DNA of 64,000 nucleotides from contig JBBDTI010000075.1 of NCBI GenBank assembly GCA_040904565.1, forward strand, positions 32,001 to 96,000, read 5' to 3'. The stretch is from Rhodothermales bacterium. GTDB taxonomy: Bacteria; Bacteroidota; Rhodothermia; Rhodothermales; VXPQ01. The notes beneath the pieces were generated by a model that saw nothing but the letters and a program-made list of their open reading frames with translations, ran no database searches and had not been told where the DNA came from. A program made the position numbers and the translations under genes. Positions 1 through 9,765 of the stretch are shown piece after piece (within the stretch, counting starts at the first letter, position 1; every line of letters begins with the position of its first letter).

Positions 1-1107
1 GTCTGACGGTGCGTCGGGGTCGATCCGTTCGAGCGAGCGGCCCGCACGTCCCGCTTCTGCCGTGTACGACATGGAGTCGATAACGACGCCGGCCGCTTCG
101 AGAACGACGCGGTCGCCCGCGTTATTGAGGCTGGGCCATGGTGAAACGGCCAGAAACGGCACGGTACGAAACTGATCGCTGAACGCGTCGGCATCCTGCA
201 CGAGAACCGCATACGCGCCCGGTGGAAGGTCGATCTGCGCGTCGGCCAGCTGAGAGGGGGAGGCCGTCGCGTCGCGCAGCGTCAGTACGTCCAGAGCCAC
301 GGACCTACCGCTCCGATTGTAGAGCTCGATGAACTCGGATCCGGTCGGAGGAGGTGCGAACTGGATCTCGTTCAGTACGACGTCACCGTGCTGCGGGGGT
401 GAACGTGGCGGCGGGGGCTCGGGAGCAACGACGGGACTCGAAACGAAGCGGTCGAAGACGAAGGAAGAGCGTCCGGCGGGCGTATGTTTAATCCACACGG
501 CCATAAACGCGCATTCCGTATGAACTCCGTCTTCCGCCGTGAATGCGGTCGTACCGTTCACGTCGACGTCCCATCGGCCGTCGAGGTAACGTCGAACCGT
601 CAGGTTGACGCGGGACGAGTCGCCGGCAACACGTGCGTCCTCCGAACGCCCGAGCCGGATCCGTTTCGACCAGGTTCCGTCTACGCGCCAGAGTGAGACC
701 GCATCCGTGTTGTTGGTTCCAAATTGAACGTAATACCCGGTCGGAGTCCGTCGTACGTCCGGTTCTCGCGCGCAAATGAAGACGCGGGCGCCGTTGAACG
801 TGCTGAGATTGACGTCCCGGTGTGCGAAGAAGAACCCCCAGGTTCCATAGGCCGCCGCATGGGGGACGGCCAGCGCAAGGGTATCCGAAGCCGCCGTTCC
901 GTTCGATGACAGCGCAGGATCGTCGCCCAGGTAAGTGATGGAAAATCTGGCCGTATCCCCGATCCACGCGGGATCACGATCGAAGTCACCGTCGCCGAAA
1001 TCGTCGACGATCCTGAGCTGGGAGGCTGCGGGCAAACCCAGGAGGGCCTGCAGGAAAAGCAGGGCCAGAACGAACACCACGCTGGTGGGTCTCTGGACGA
1101 GCCGCAC
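1..1107 (-). CDS. Lamin-tail-domain (LTD) secreted protein, 5' part; runs off the left edge of the window
   Basis: Frame absent from the ORF track, translated by hand from GTG at 1107. Signal peptide MRLVQRPTSVVFVLALLFLQALLGLPA, then DDFGDGDFDRDPAWIGD, then LTD motifs GDVVLNEIQF..SEFIELYNRS..LPPGAYAVL..WPSLNNGGD. Confidence 0.8.
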   Translation of the reverse strand, partial: MRLVQRPTSVVFVLALLFLQALLGLPAASQLRIVDDFGDGDFDRDPAWIGDTARFSITYLGDDPALSSNGTAASDTLALAVPHAAAYGTWGFFFAHRDVNLSTFNGARVFICAREPDVRRTPTGYYVQFGTNNTDAVSLWRVDGTWSKRIRLGRSEDARVAGDSSRVNLTVRRYLDGRWDVDVNGTTAFTAEDGVHTECAFMAVWIKHTPAGRSSFVFDRFVSSPVVAPEPPPPRSPPQHGDVVLNEIQFAPPPTGSEFIELYNRSGRSVALDVLTLRDATASPSQLADAQIDLPPGAYAVLVQDADAFSDQFRTVPFLAVSPWPSLNNAGDRVVLEAAGVVIDSMSYTAEAGRAGRSLERIDPDAPSD

Positions 1108-1234
1108 GTCATTGCGCCGCGAGGCGGGTTGTGGAAGGATAACTGTTACCCCTTAGACCCGCGTGCTACGCAAACGTGACCCTACGCATCTCCCCGACAC
1201 GTGACCGTACGCACCACAGGGAAGAAGCGTGGCC

Positions 1235-2485
1235 TTATGTGGTCAGTATGCCGGCGTCGAGGTGTTCCAGCAGGGTCCGGGAAAGGAGCGCCGCCGTTGC
1301 CGCGAGGGCTCGTTCGTCGATATCGAAGTGTGCGTCGTGCAGCGGATAGGCGCTCTCGGGAGAGGAATACGTTCCGACGCGAAGCAGCAGGCCGGGAACG
1401 TGCTCGAGATAATGCGCGAAATCCTCAGAGCCCATGCTCGGCCGAGGTATGTGAAAGACGGCCCGATCACCGGCGTAGGAGCGGACGGTACGTTCGACGT
1501 GCTTCACGAGGCGGGGGTCGTTGTTGACGGGAGGGGCGCCGCCATGTATGTCGATCTCCGCAACGGCCCCGTGGATCGTTGCCAGGTCGTTCGTCAGCCG
1601 GCGAATGTGATGTATGATGGCCTTTCGGTCTTCCAGATTGGTCGTCCGGAGCGTACCTCCGAATTCCACTTCGTCCGGAATGACGTTGAATGCGTGGCCG
1701 GCGTGGAACCGGCAGATCGTGAGCACGGACGGATTGCGGGCGTCCGTTACCCTGCCGATCAACTGGTAGAGCGTGTTGGCGATTTCCGTCGCTACCCAGA
1801 TGGTATCGACGGACTCGTGAGGACGCGCGGAATGGCCCGTGCTTGGAGCCTTAATTCGCACGTTGAACTGGTCTGTAGCCGCCGTGATGGGCCCCGCGAG
1901 CAGTCCGTATTTGCCCACTTCAAGCGTAGGATCGACGTGGATGGCGTAGACGCTCTGGACGTCCTCCAGCACACCTGCATCGATCATCGAGCTGGCGCCC
2001 CCGGGCATCCCTTCCTCGTTAGGCTGAAAGAATACGCGGACCGCCCCCTTCAGGCGCTCTTTGTTCTGGTGGAGGATGAGCGCAATCGCGACGGCGATGG
2101 CCGAATGCGCGTCGTGTCCGCAAAGGTGGGCAACGCCCGTATTCTTCGAGGCGTAATCCGTCGACTTGGCGTCCTGTGTAGGCAGAGCGTCTATATCCGC
2201 GCGATAGGCCACGAGCGGGCCGTCCTGACGGCCGACGATGTCGACCCAGAGTCCGGTCTCCGCGACGGGGCCGTGGACGTCGAGTCCGTGACGGGTGAGA
2301 AGGTTTCGAAGAAAGGCGCTCGTGGCATGTTCCTCAAATCCGAGCTCCGGATGGCGGTGCATATGCCTGCGTACCTCCCGGACGAACGATAACAGTGCAG
2401 CCGGGAGCGCGGACGGATCTGACAGCGCATCTACCACGAGGTCGAGGTTGGCAATGTCGGGGATGTCCGCCTGGAGGGGAGTCAT
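1235..2485 (-). CDS. M20D family amidohydrolase (aminoacylase/hippurate hydrolase-like)
   Basis: Motifs RRHMHRHPELGFEE, RADIDALP, HLCGHDAH, FQPNEEG, GSEDF, LH. Confidence 0.92.
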   Translation of the reverse strand: MTPLQADIPDIANLDLVVDALSDPSALPAALLSFVREVRRHMHRHPELGFEEHATSAFLRNLLTRHGLDVHGPVAETGLWVDIVGRQDGPLVAYRADIDALPTQDAKSTDYASKNTGVAHLCGHDAHSAIAVAIALILHQNKERLKGAVRVFFQPNEEGMPGGASSMIDAGVLEDVQSVYAIHVDPTLEVGKYGLLAGPITAATDQFNVRIKAPSTGHSARPHESVDTIWVATEIANTLYQLIGRVTDARNPSVLTICRFHAGHAFNVIPDEVEFGGTLRTTNLEDRKAIIHHIRRLTNDLATIHGAVAEIDIHGGAPPVNNDPRLVKHVERTVRSYAGDRAVFHIPRPSMGSEDFAHYLEHVPGLLLRVGTYSSPESAYPLHDAHFDIDERALAATAALLSRTLLEHLDAGILTT

Positions 2486-2652
2486 AAGCGGGGATGGGCC
2501 TTCAGAGGCCGCATCGTATGGTTCGAAGTGCAGGTAATGGTGACGGCGTAAGCGTGGGGATGCTACGAGTATGATTCATCCGAAAGATTCTACCCATCTC
2601 CGGGGCACCTGTTTTTCAAGACACTGTGAAGGGATCCTGCGGCGCGGTCAGG

Positions 2653-3438
2653 CTACGTGTCCGGTTGACCGGTCGGAAAGAGCTGGTGAAAGCGCGCGAC
2701 CATGCGATGGGCTTCCTTCCGGATCGACGCTTGCTCTCGCTCGGAATCGGCGAAGGTCTCGAGGATGCGTTGCAGCTGATGGTCGAAGTCCGCCTCGTCC
2801 GACGTGGCGAGATCCCAGTAGGCCTGAGCTCGCTCGATGCGATCTTCGACGAGATTCGGTTGATCTGCAATGGTGGGGTCGTCCAGCAGGGGACGTGCGA
2901 ACGTCGCCAGTGCCTCCGGAAGTTCGAGGTCATCCGGGCCGTACGTCACGCGGTGCCTGCTCGGAAGGGGTTGCCGCCCCTGATATTCGTCCAGCAACAT
3001 ATCGAAGGTGGGGAGGGCGTACCCGGGTGTTTCCAGCGCTGCCCGGCGTTCGTCGGGGCTAAAGGACGTCCAGTGTTCTTCGAGCAGACTGAGCAGCACG
3101 AGCAGGTTGCTTCGCTCCTCGTCACCGGCACCGGGCCCCAGCAGGGCGTCTTCCAGTTTGGGAAGCAGGCTGAGGTGTTCCTCATCGCCCAGCTCCATGA
3201 ATGCCCAGAGCAGGCGCGCGGTGTCGAGCACGGCCACCATGGTGGCAAGCTCGTCCCGGTCTCTGGACAATGCGTCCGTTCGATCGTCCGCACGCCAATC
3301 CACGTCATACAGGTCGAACAAGGGGCCGGCAAAGCGCATGAGTGCGTCAAAACGTATTCCGGACCGTCCGCTCAGATATACGTCGAGGGCCTCCCGAAGC
3401 ACGTTGATGCGTTGTTCTCGGTTTCGGTTACTGCTCAT
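2653..3438 (-). CDS. Hypothetical acidic helical protein with an internal duplicated motif
   Basis: 261-aa ORF, co-oriented and 15 bp downstream of the VWA gene; protein-like composition. Confidence 0.75.
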   Translation of the reverse strand: MSSNRNREQRINVLREALDVYLSGRSGIRFDALMRFAGPLFDLYDVDWRADDRTDALSRDRDELATMVAVLDTARLLWAFMELGDEEHLSLLPKLEDALLGPGAGDEERSNLLVLLSLLEEHWTSFSPDERRAALETPGYALPTFDMLLDEYQGRQPLPSRHRVTYGPDDLELPEALATFARPLLDDPTIADQPNLVEDRIERAQAYWDLATSDEADFDHQLQRILETFADSEREQASIRKEAHRMVARFHQLFPTGQPDT

Positions 3439-3453
3439 GTCGTCCGTCGTGCG

Positions 3454-5616
3454 TCAAACCATGCCGCTACGCTTGCGAATAAACCACTCAGCGGTCAATA
3501 GAAGCACGATAAGCGCCAGAAAGATGTGATGCCGTCTCAAATCCATCTCAGCTTCGCGCTCGACGATAAGCGAGGCCAGGTTCGCCGTGGAGGAAAGCAC
3601 TGAGGACATGGCGTCCGGATTGGAAAGATCGAGGACGTCACCACCCGAGCGACGGGCAATCTGTTGCATGATAGGGGCGTTTGCCCTCGTTTCCTTAAAC
3701 TCGAGGGTAAGCGACCCGACCGCAAAACCGCCCGCGTCAGCCCCGAGCGTGTCTCCCTCCCGGATCGCTTCCGCTTCGAACCGGTAGGTCCCTTCGGGGA
3801 ATGTCCCGGCGTCGAGCGTATATCGCCCGTTGCCGATCGGATTCAGCACGTACGGGTTGACGGTACCATCCGGTGCCGTAACGTTGACTTCGACGGATGC
3901 ATCGTCGACCGGATTCAGGCTTTCGTCGTACACCTGGCCGGATATCTGCACCGGTTCGTCGCCCGCAAACACGTCACGTGAGGGCACCACGCGGACGGGC
4001 CGGTCGTCTGCCCGCGCCGTGAGCCATTGTGCTGTGTTGGAGAAGAGGCTGGGCCAGAGGTGGTCGAGCTGTGAGAGATCTTCCGGCACATTACGCCACC
4101 GCCACGTGCCCGCACCCAGGAGGGCCGCACTCCGGTGCTGACTTCGGCGCCGTACGACGAGCATGGGATCATCCAGATCGATACCGCGAACGGAGGTCGT
4201 CGCGAGGATGTCAGCATCCGGCGAAGCAACCCATCGGGTCTGGCTGAACGCCAGCGGTGGAAAGCGCCGCCAGTTTTCCGGCGAGGCGTCCTCGATGTTC
4301 AAAATCGGGTGCGCCAACCCCGCGGAGGTGGGAACGAAGGCCGCTTCCATGAATCCGCCTCTCACCTGATCGGCACGAGCCGGGAGGACGTCCGCCAGAT
4401 AATCGTTAAGGAGCGCGATATCCGATCCGGTCGTGAGTAAATAGAATACAGGAATTCCCTCCTCTATCATGTCCGCCACCTGCGTCACGACGCCCGCATC
4501 GGCTTCACGGCCGGGATATCCAAGCAAAATAAGCAGGTCTACGTCGTCGACGCCGCCTGGAAAAGATCCTTCATAAAAGGAGGTGGCGTCTTTCTGGACG
4601 AAGGACGATACCTCGAACGTCGGATCGTCGAGAAGAAGTTGTCGGGTTGAAGCCACGTCGGGTCCAGGGCGACCGGCAACGAGGAGGGCGCGGCGCCTGC
4701 TTTCAAGCACGCGAACCGTCACGGTCTCCTGATTGTTGCGGTGCGTGACTTCTCCTGGCAGCTCGGTGACGGCAACCGTGTACCGTTGCAATCCTTCCGT
4801 TTCCGGTTCGACGGCGAGGTCGACGGTGACCTCGGATTCACCTTCAGGCAGCGTGATGCGTTCGGATGACTCGACGATGTCGTTTCGGAGCAGAGACACC
4901 GTTACGTCCTGTCCATCCAGACCTTCGCTGCGCACGCCGACCTGGACGGGCAGCACGGTACCCACATAGGCGATCTCGTTCGTCGTAACGCGCCGAATCT
5001 GGACGTCGACGTGGCGCGTCGTATCACCCAGCACGGCCGTGAAGATGGGGACGGGATATCGTTCCGCCGTATAAATCGGATTGCGTCCCGTGTTGTACTG
5101 TCCGTCCGAAACGAGAACGGCCGCACGATAATTTTCCTCGCGGAGGCGTTCCCGGACGTCTTCCAGCGCCTGCGAGATGTTCGTGCGATCTGCACTGAAA
5201 CGCAGGGAGTCGGGGAGCGTCCGCACGTCCGACTCAGCCTCCAGATTGGCTCCGAACCGGAAGAAACGGATGTCGGATTCGCTCAGTGTTTCCGGAAGAC
5301 GGCCCAGTACGTCTTCGATGACCGCGTGCAGGGAGGAGGACGATGAATCGACGGCCGCAGTGATACGGAGGCTCTCACTGTCGTCGAGAAGAACGGCCAC
5401 GACCGGACGCCGTTCTTCCCGGTCGATCGTGCGAAGCACGGGCTCGAGCAGCAGAAAGAGAATCAGGAAGAGCGCGGCGAAGCGAAGGAGGCCCAGGAGG
5501 ATCCGCCGCGACCGCGCGATCTCGGGCGTCGTCGTACGGTACAGCCAAAATGCCAGTCCGGCTGCTATGAAGGCGGACAGGACGAGCAGCCAGGGATTTA
5601 AGCCGAAGGATAGCAT
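3454..5616 (-). CDS. VWA-domain membrane protein with Ig-like and glutamine-amidotransferase-like regions
   Basis: Two N-terminal TM helices, MIDAS-like LLDDSES, T..SDG, and C-terminal anchor LLLTAEWFIRKRSG. Confidence 0.8.
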   Translation of the reverse strand: MLSFGLNPWLLVLSAFIAAGLAFWLYRTTTPEIARSRRILLGLLRFAALFLILFLLLEPVLRTIDREERRPVVAVLLDDSESLRITAAVDSSSSSLHAVIEDVLGRLPETLSESDIRFFRFGANLEAESDVRTLPDSLRFSADRTNISQALEDVRERLREENYRAAVLVSDGQYNTGRNPIYTAERYPVPIFTAVLGDTTRHVDVQIRRVTTNEIAYVGTVLPVQVGVRSEGLDGQDVTVSLLRNDIVESSERITLPEGESEVTVDLAVEPETEGLQRYTVAVTELPGEVTHRNNQETVTVRVLESRRRALLVAGRPGPDVASTRQLLLDDPTFEVSSFVQKDATSFYEGSFPGGVDDVDLLILLGYPGREADAGVVTQVADMIEEGIPVFYLLTTGSDIALLNDYLADVLPARADQVRGGFMEAAFVPTSAGLAHPILNIEDASPENWRRFPPLAFSQTRWVASPDADILATTSVRGIDLDDPMLVVRRRSQHRSAALLGAGTWRWRNVPEDLSQLDHLWPSLFSNTAQWLTARADDRPVRVVPSRDVFAGDEPVQISGQVYDESLNPVDDASVEVNVTAPDGTVNPYVLNPIGNGRYTLDAGTFPEGTYRFEAEAIREGDTLGADAGGFAVGSLTLEFKETRANAPIMQQIARRSGGDVLDLSNPDAMSSVLSSTANLASLIVEREAEMDLRRHHIFLALIVLLLTAEWFIRKRSGMV

Positions 5617-5658
5617 GAAGGCAACGAAATGATAGGCTAGGTTTCCCGCTGCATCTCG

Positions 5659-5746
5659 CAGCTAACGTCGTTCAGCTGACAGCGTGCAGCTAACATGGTG
5701 CAGCGAACAACGCGCGGCCAACGTCGTGCAGCTAACGATGTGCAGC
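5659..5746. repeat. Degenerate 14-bp tandem repeat, 6 copies plus a partial, consensus CAGCTAACnnnGTG
   Basis: Units read directly: cagctaacgtcgtt / cagctgacagcgtg / cagctaacatggtg / cagcgaacaacgcg / cggccaacgtcgtg / cagctaacgatgtg / cagc. Confidence 0.85.
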
Positions 5747-5753
5747 GTGCGGG

Positions 5754-7484
5754 TCAGCGCACGACGACGAATCGCGCCGCCGTCCTCCGCCGCTCGGTCG
5801 TATACACGGCGAGGTATATGCCCGAAGCAAGGTGCCGGGACGGAACGCGGAGCGTCGTCGAGCCCGCCGCCGTACCCCGTACGTCGACGCGGATGCGTCG
5901 TCCGAGTGCGTCGAAGATCTCGAGCCTTCCGGCGGTCATTGCGTCGGTCTTTATATGGATGAATACCTGATCGGTTGCCGGATTGGGATACGTCTCTATG
6001 GACAGCCCATCGTGCTCTTCCACTACGCCGGACGCGGCGTCGACAGCCGCAGATGCATTCACGATGCCCCAGCCGAGCGCATTGTCCGGCTGCGTACCGC
6101 GACTTGCCGTCACACGAAGGATGTCACGGACCTGTAGGGGACTGAGCGTCGGGTTAACCTGTAGCATCTGGCAGACGACGGCACTTACGAGCGGGGCAGC
6201 GAAGGACGTACCGTTTGAGAAGCCGTAGCCCCCAGGTTCCGCTATGTAGACCCCTGTTCCCAGCGCGGCGACGTCGGGTTTGGTACGGCCGTCCGCCGTC
6301 GGGCCGAACGAGCTGAAGGAGGATCGCGAGGAGTCGGCGTTTACGGCACCCACAGCGATCACAAAATCTCCGTCTGCCGGCGTACTTACATAGTACCAGC
6401 ACCGGCTCGGCGAGGAACATCCGGAATTCCCAGCGCTGGTGACGACCACTACGCCGAGTTCGACCGCGCGATCGGCAGCCAGCGTAGTTACGGCCGTCTC
6501 TCCATCGAGGTCTTCCCGGGAATAGTTGCGCTCGCCGGGATCGAACGTCGTATAACCGAGCGACACATTGACCACGTCGACGCCCATCGACTCGAGCCAT
6601 TCGAGTCCGGCCACGAAATAGTCCTCTTCGCGATTGGTTTCGGTCGGACCATATTCGGTGATGGCGCCGAGAACCTCGGCGCCGTGGGCGGGGCCGATGA
6701 GCCGCCCGGGATCGTATCCGACGGCCACCGATGCCACGCTCAGTCCGTGAGTAAAGGCAGGCTGCGGCGATCCAACGAAGTCACGCACGTCCACCAGGCG
6801 TCCTTCCGTGGTGAGGCGCTCGAAGGCTGGATGGTCGAATCCACCAAACGGTGTATCCAGGAATCCCAGGCGCACACCCGTACCATCGATTCCCCGTTCC
6901 AGGGGAGCGATGGCCCGAATGAGGTCGAGCTGTAGGCGTGAGGGACCGTAGTCAAGGTCTCCCACCTTGAATGCGGGCCCAGCGTCTGACGGCGGCGGAT
7001 GGACTGGAGGAAGCAGCGCTACCGGCCGGACCGAACGCACGAAGCCTATCTTCTCGACGCGATCGACCTGGTCCCGAGTCAACCGTGCGCTCACGGCATT
7101 GAGCCACCGGCTCTGGACGATCGGCTCGATGCCCATCTGCCGTAGCCGCTCCGTGTAGGAGGGGGCGACCTCGAGGTTGAGACCGGCGGTATCAGACTGA
7201 CCGCGGACCCGGCGGCGCCGCAGCGCGCGGTCGGACGCCCCGGATGCGTGCGCGTCCGGCTTCCCATCCAAAAAAATCCAGTGTTTCTCGGCGTTGTGAT
7301 CGGCGTCGTGCGGTACATCCCGTATCGGGGGCCGAACGGCTTTCTGCGTGGCCGCTCGAATGGTCACCTGTGGAAATGCCGTGCGAGCCTGCGCTTCACC
7401 AGTGAGCGGCGATAAGGAGGTTATCGCCGAAAGCCCTCCAGCGAGCAGGCAGATAGCGATGCACGTGCGTGCGATTGGATTCAT
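5754..7484 (-). CDS. S8 (subtilisin-like) serine peptidase with T9SS C-terminal sorting domain
   Basis: Catalytic D (GFLDT), H (THGLSV), oxyanion N (SAGNSG), S (NGTSFAAP); CTD YPNP...G.Y. Start placed at ATG 7484, where the signal peptide MNPIARTCIAICLLAG begins. Confidence 0.9.
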   Translation of the reverse strand: MNPIARTCIAICLLAGGLSAITSLSPLTGEAQARTAFPQVTIRAATQKAVRPPIRDVPHDADHNAEKHWIFLDGKPDAHASGASDRALRRRRVRGQSDTAGLNLEVAPSYTERLRQMGIEPIVQSRWLNAVSARLTRDQVDRVEKIGFVRSVRPVALLPPVHPPPSDAGPAFKVGDLDYGPSRLQLDLIRAIAPLERGIDGTGVRLGFLDTPFGGFDHPAFERLTTEGRLVDVRDFVGSPQPAFTHGLSVASVAVGYDPGRLIGPAHGAEVLGAITEYGPTETNREEDYFVAGLEWLESMGVDVVNVSLGYTTFDPGERNYSREDLDGETAVTTLAADRAVELGVVVVTSAGNSGCSSPSRCWYYVSTPADGDFVIAVGAVNADSSRSSFSSFGPTADGRTKPDVAALGTGVYIAEPGGYGFSNGTSFAAPLVSAVVCQMLQVNPTLSPLQVRDILRVTASRGTQPDNALGWGIVNASAAVDAASGVVEEHDGLSIETYPNPATDQVFIHIKTDAMTAGRLEIFDALGRRIRVDVRGTAAGSTTLRVPSRHLASGIYLAVYTTERRRTAARFVVVR

Positions 7485-7602
7485 GCTGTAGGCGGCTTTT
7501 GGCCGGGAGCGAGTGACGTCAGCGAACCGTTGTACCGCCTGTGCTCGGCTTCGACGTGAGGGCGGGCTCGATCGCGAGCCGGTATGGGGTTGATGTCTTC
7601 GA

Positions 7603-8562
7603 CTACAGGTATGGCAAGGCAAGATACAGCATGTAGGCACTGAATCCGGCCATCAGCACGCCCCCCTCGACGCGCGTAATGGTGAACTTCGTCCACGCCA
7701 TCGGGAACAGAACGAGACCCACTCCCAGCATCACCGGGAAATGAATCTTGAGCGACGTGGCGTCTACGTGCAGCGGCTGGTACAGGCTGACGAATCCCAC
7801 GACGAACAACACGTTGAGCATGTTGCTGCCGAGAACGTTGCCTACGGAGATGTCTGCCTCCTGCTTCAGTGCAGAGACGACCGACGCTGCGAGCTCCGGC
7901 AGGCTCGTTCCGATGGCAACGACCGTCAGGCCGATGACGACCGGGTCGATTCCCAGGAACTGGGCCACGTTCACGGCCGCGTAGACCATCAGACGGGCAC
8001 CGCCGGCGAGCACGACGATCCCGAAAACGACCAGGGCCGCCTTTTTCCAGAAGGGAGACTCGACATCCTCCGGACGAACGGCCGAGGTTTCGACAGGCAT
8101 CGGGGGGGGCTTGTGACGTTTTGCGTCGATAATGAGGTAAAGGAGAAAGGCCGCCAGGCCGGCGACGAGCAGGAGTCCGTCGGCCCGTCCGATCACCCCA
8201 TCGAGTGCCAGCGCGTAGAAGAGAAAGAGCACCGCCATCATGATGGGATACTCCTTCTTGAGCGTGGCGGGGGAGACGGCCAGCGGCAAAATGAGGGCCG
8301 TCGTTCCCAGGATGAGGGCAATATTGCAGATATTGGATCCCACGATATTGCCGAGCGCGAGACTTTCCTCTCCGGTCAGCGCTGCGAAGAAATTGACGAC
8401 GAATTCCGGCATCGACGTGCCCAGCGCGACGACGGTTAGACCAACGATCAGCGGCCGGATGCCGTACTGAAGGGCGATGCTAGCCGCACCCTTGATGAGC
8501 CATTCCGCGCCGAAATAAAGCAGCAGGAGTCCGACGACAAAGAGAAAAGCCTGCAGGAGCAT
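7603..8562 (-). CDS. Calcium/sodium antiporter (CaCA family, YrbG-like)
   Basis: Two alpha repeats GTSMPE..GSNICN and GTSLPE..GSNMLN; about 10 TM helices. Confidence 0.93.
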   Translation of the reverse strand: MLLQAFLFVVGLLLLYFGAEWLIKGAASIALQYGIRPLIVGLTVVALGTSMPEFVVNFFAALTGEESLALGNIVGSNICNIALILGTTALILPLAVSPATLKKEYPIMMAVLFLFYALALDGVIGRADGLLLVAGLAAFLLYLIIDAKRHKPPPMPVETSAVRPEDVESPFWKKAALVVFGIVVLAGGARLMVYAAVNVAQFLGIDPVVIGLTVVAIGTSLPELAASVVSALKQEADISVGNVLGSNMLNVLFVVGFVSLYQPLHVDATSLKIHFPVMLGVGLVLFPMAWTKFTITRVEGGVLMAGFSAYMLYLALPYL

Positions 8563-8626
8563 ATTGGGGTTATACGGTGGAGGTCACGTACATACGTAAT
8601 GTAGCTAAGGTAGTGCATGAAGCGTG

Positions 8627-9448
8627 CTATCCGGTAAAGAAATCGGGTAGCAGGGCAATTGGACTGGATTGTACGGGCGGTTCGTCGCCTGCGTCCATCC
8701 AAAGCGTCGTGCCGGGAGCGAGTTCCGCCAGAAGCTGCCGGCATGCCCCGCACGGCGTACAGCCCGACCGTTTGCGGCACGAGAGGTAGACGATGGAAGG
8801 GTGGCGAAACCCGTAGCTTACGGCCGTCCCAATGGCACTGCGTTCCGCACAGAGCACGTGCATCCAGTCCGCGTGCTCCACGTTGACCCCGGGGATATAG
8901 CCTTCTCCCGGGACTTCGAGTAGGCATCCAACCTTAAAATCGGAAAAAGGAGCGAACGCGTGGCGTGCGATCCGGCGGGCGGCCAACACCCCCTCCCGAT
9001 GGGAGAGGGAACCTGAAGGAATGCGAGCGTCGGAAGCAGAGCTTTTGCGGTCCGGTTCGTGACTATCGAATTCGGTCTCGTGCCGGGAAAGAAAGGGAGA
9101 GAGGGGAGATTCGGGCGCCGGAGCACCGGGCAGCGATCCGAGCAGGCGGGGACCTGTACGCTCGAGGTCGCGGAGCAGGGGCGTGCCTCGCGCGTACTGG
9201 ATTTCTTGAGGGTGGAACGGTCGTGACGAGACGACGGCCCGAATCGAATCGACCTGCCGGGCGACAGCCGTCGTGACGGCGTTCAGCAGCGCCGGGATCG
9301 TCAGGGAATAGGAGGCGCTTTCGACGCGGACTCCGGGAATCCATCGGCCGTCTTCCAGGACGAGGGTCACGGCGTCGTGCTGCCCGGAAAACGGGACGTG
9401 CGCTGAGCGGGCCGACGTCGTCAGGCGTGCTTCGTACGAATCGGTCAC
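8627..9448 (-). CDS. cdd: Cytidine deaminase, two-domain
   Basis: C-terminal APFSDFKVG..GVNVE..LCAERSAI..PCGACRQ; degenerate N-terminal copy of the domain. Confidence 0.85.
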   Translation of the reverse strand: MTDSYEARLTTSARSAHVPFSGQHDAVTLVLEDGRWIPGVRVESASYSLTIPALLNAVTTAVARQVDSIRAVVSSRPFHPQEIQYARGTPLLRDLERTGPRLLGSLPGAPAPESPLSPFLSRHETEFDSHEPDRKSSASDARIPSGSLSHREGVLAARRIARHAFAPFSDFKVGCLLEVPGEGYIPGVNVEHADWMHVLCAERSAIGTAVSYGFRHPSIVYLSCRKRSGCTPCGACRQLLAELAPGTTLWMDAGDEPPVQSSPIALLPDFFTG

Positions 9449-9555
9449 GGACGTGGGATACCTTTCGTTTGCCGTAGGATTACGGTGAATTTACGGGAAC
9501 GGTTTGCACCCGGCCGATATTCTGGGCTAGCTTGACGGCGGATGCACGAGTACTG

Positions 9556-9644
9556 GCCGGGATGGCGGAATTGGTAGACGCAACGGACTTAAAATCCGTT
9601 GGGCGTATGCGCCCGTGCGGGTTCGAGTCCCGCTCCCGGTACCA
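9556..9644 (+). tRNA. tRNA-Leu (anticodon TAA), CCA encoded
   Basis: Acceptor stem GCCGGGA/TCCCGGT followed by ACCA; D-loop TTGGTAGAC; anticodon arm ACGGA-CTTAAAA-TCCGT; long variable arm; T-loop GTTCGAGTC. Confidence 0.97.
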
Positions 9645-9765
9645 TCGCCTTTACTCCCGGCACGATCGGGTTCGATCGGACCGATGAAGGCTTCCGTCAT
9701 CGGAGTGGCGCGCATCAGAACCGCGGTATGCCGGCCCTGTGCTGAAAAGTTGCGCCGAGGACATA

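Noticed and set aside
681-1112. ORF-track 143-aa minus-strand ORF as the gene at the left edge
   Set aside because: Wrong frame. The frame starting at GTG 1107 carries the signal peptide and LTD motifs and stays open to the window edge.
1229-2392. Long antisense ORFs (also 17568-18545, 37855-39291, 50020-50928, 52127-53566)
   Set aside because: Shadow frames opposite well-supported genes, as expected in GC-rich DNA; no recognisable motifs.
7485-7640. N-terminal extension of the S8 peptidase from the ORF track
   Set aside because: Overlaps the antiporter gene and precedes the evident signal peptide starting at 7484.
9654-9675. CTCCCGGCACGA resembling the tRNA 3' end, as a possible att scar
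   Set aside because: Only a 10/12 match, directly next to the tRNA with no integrase or cargo between; compatible with chance.
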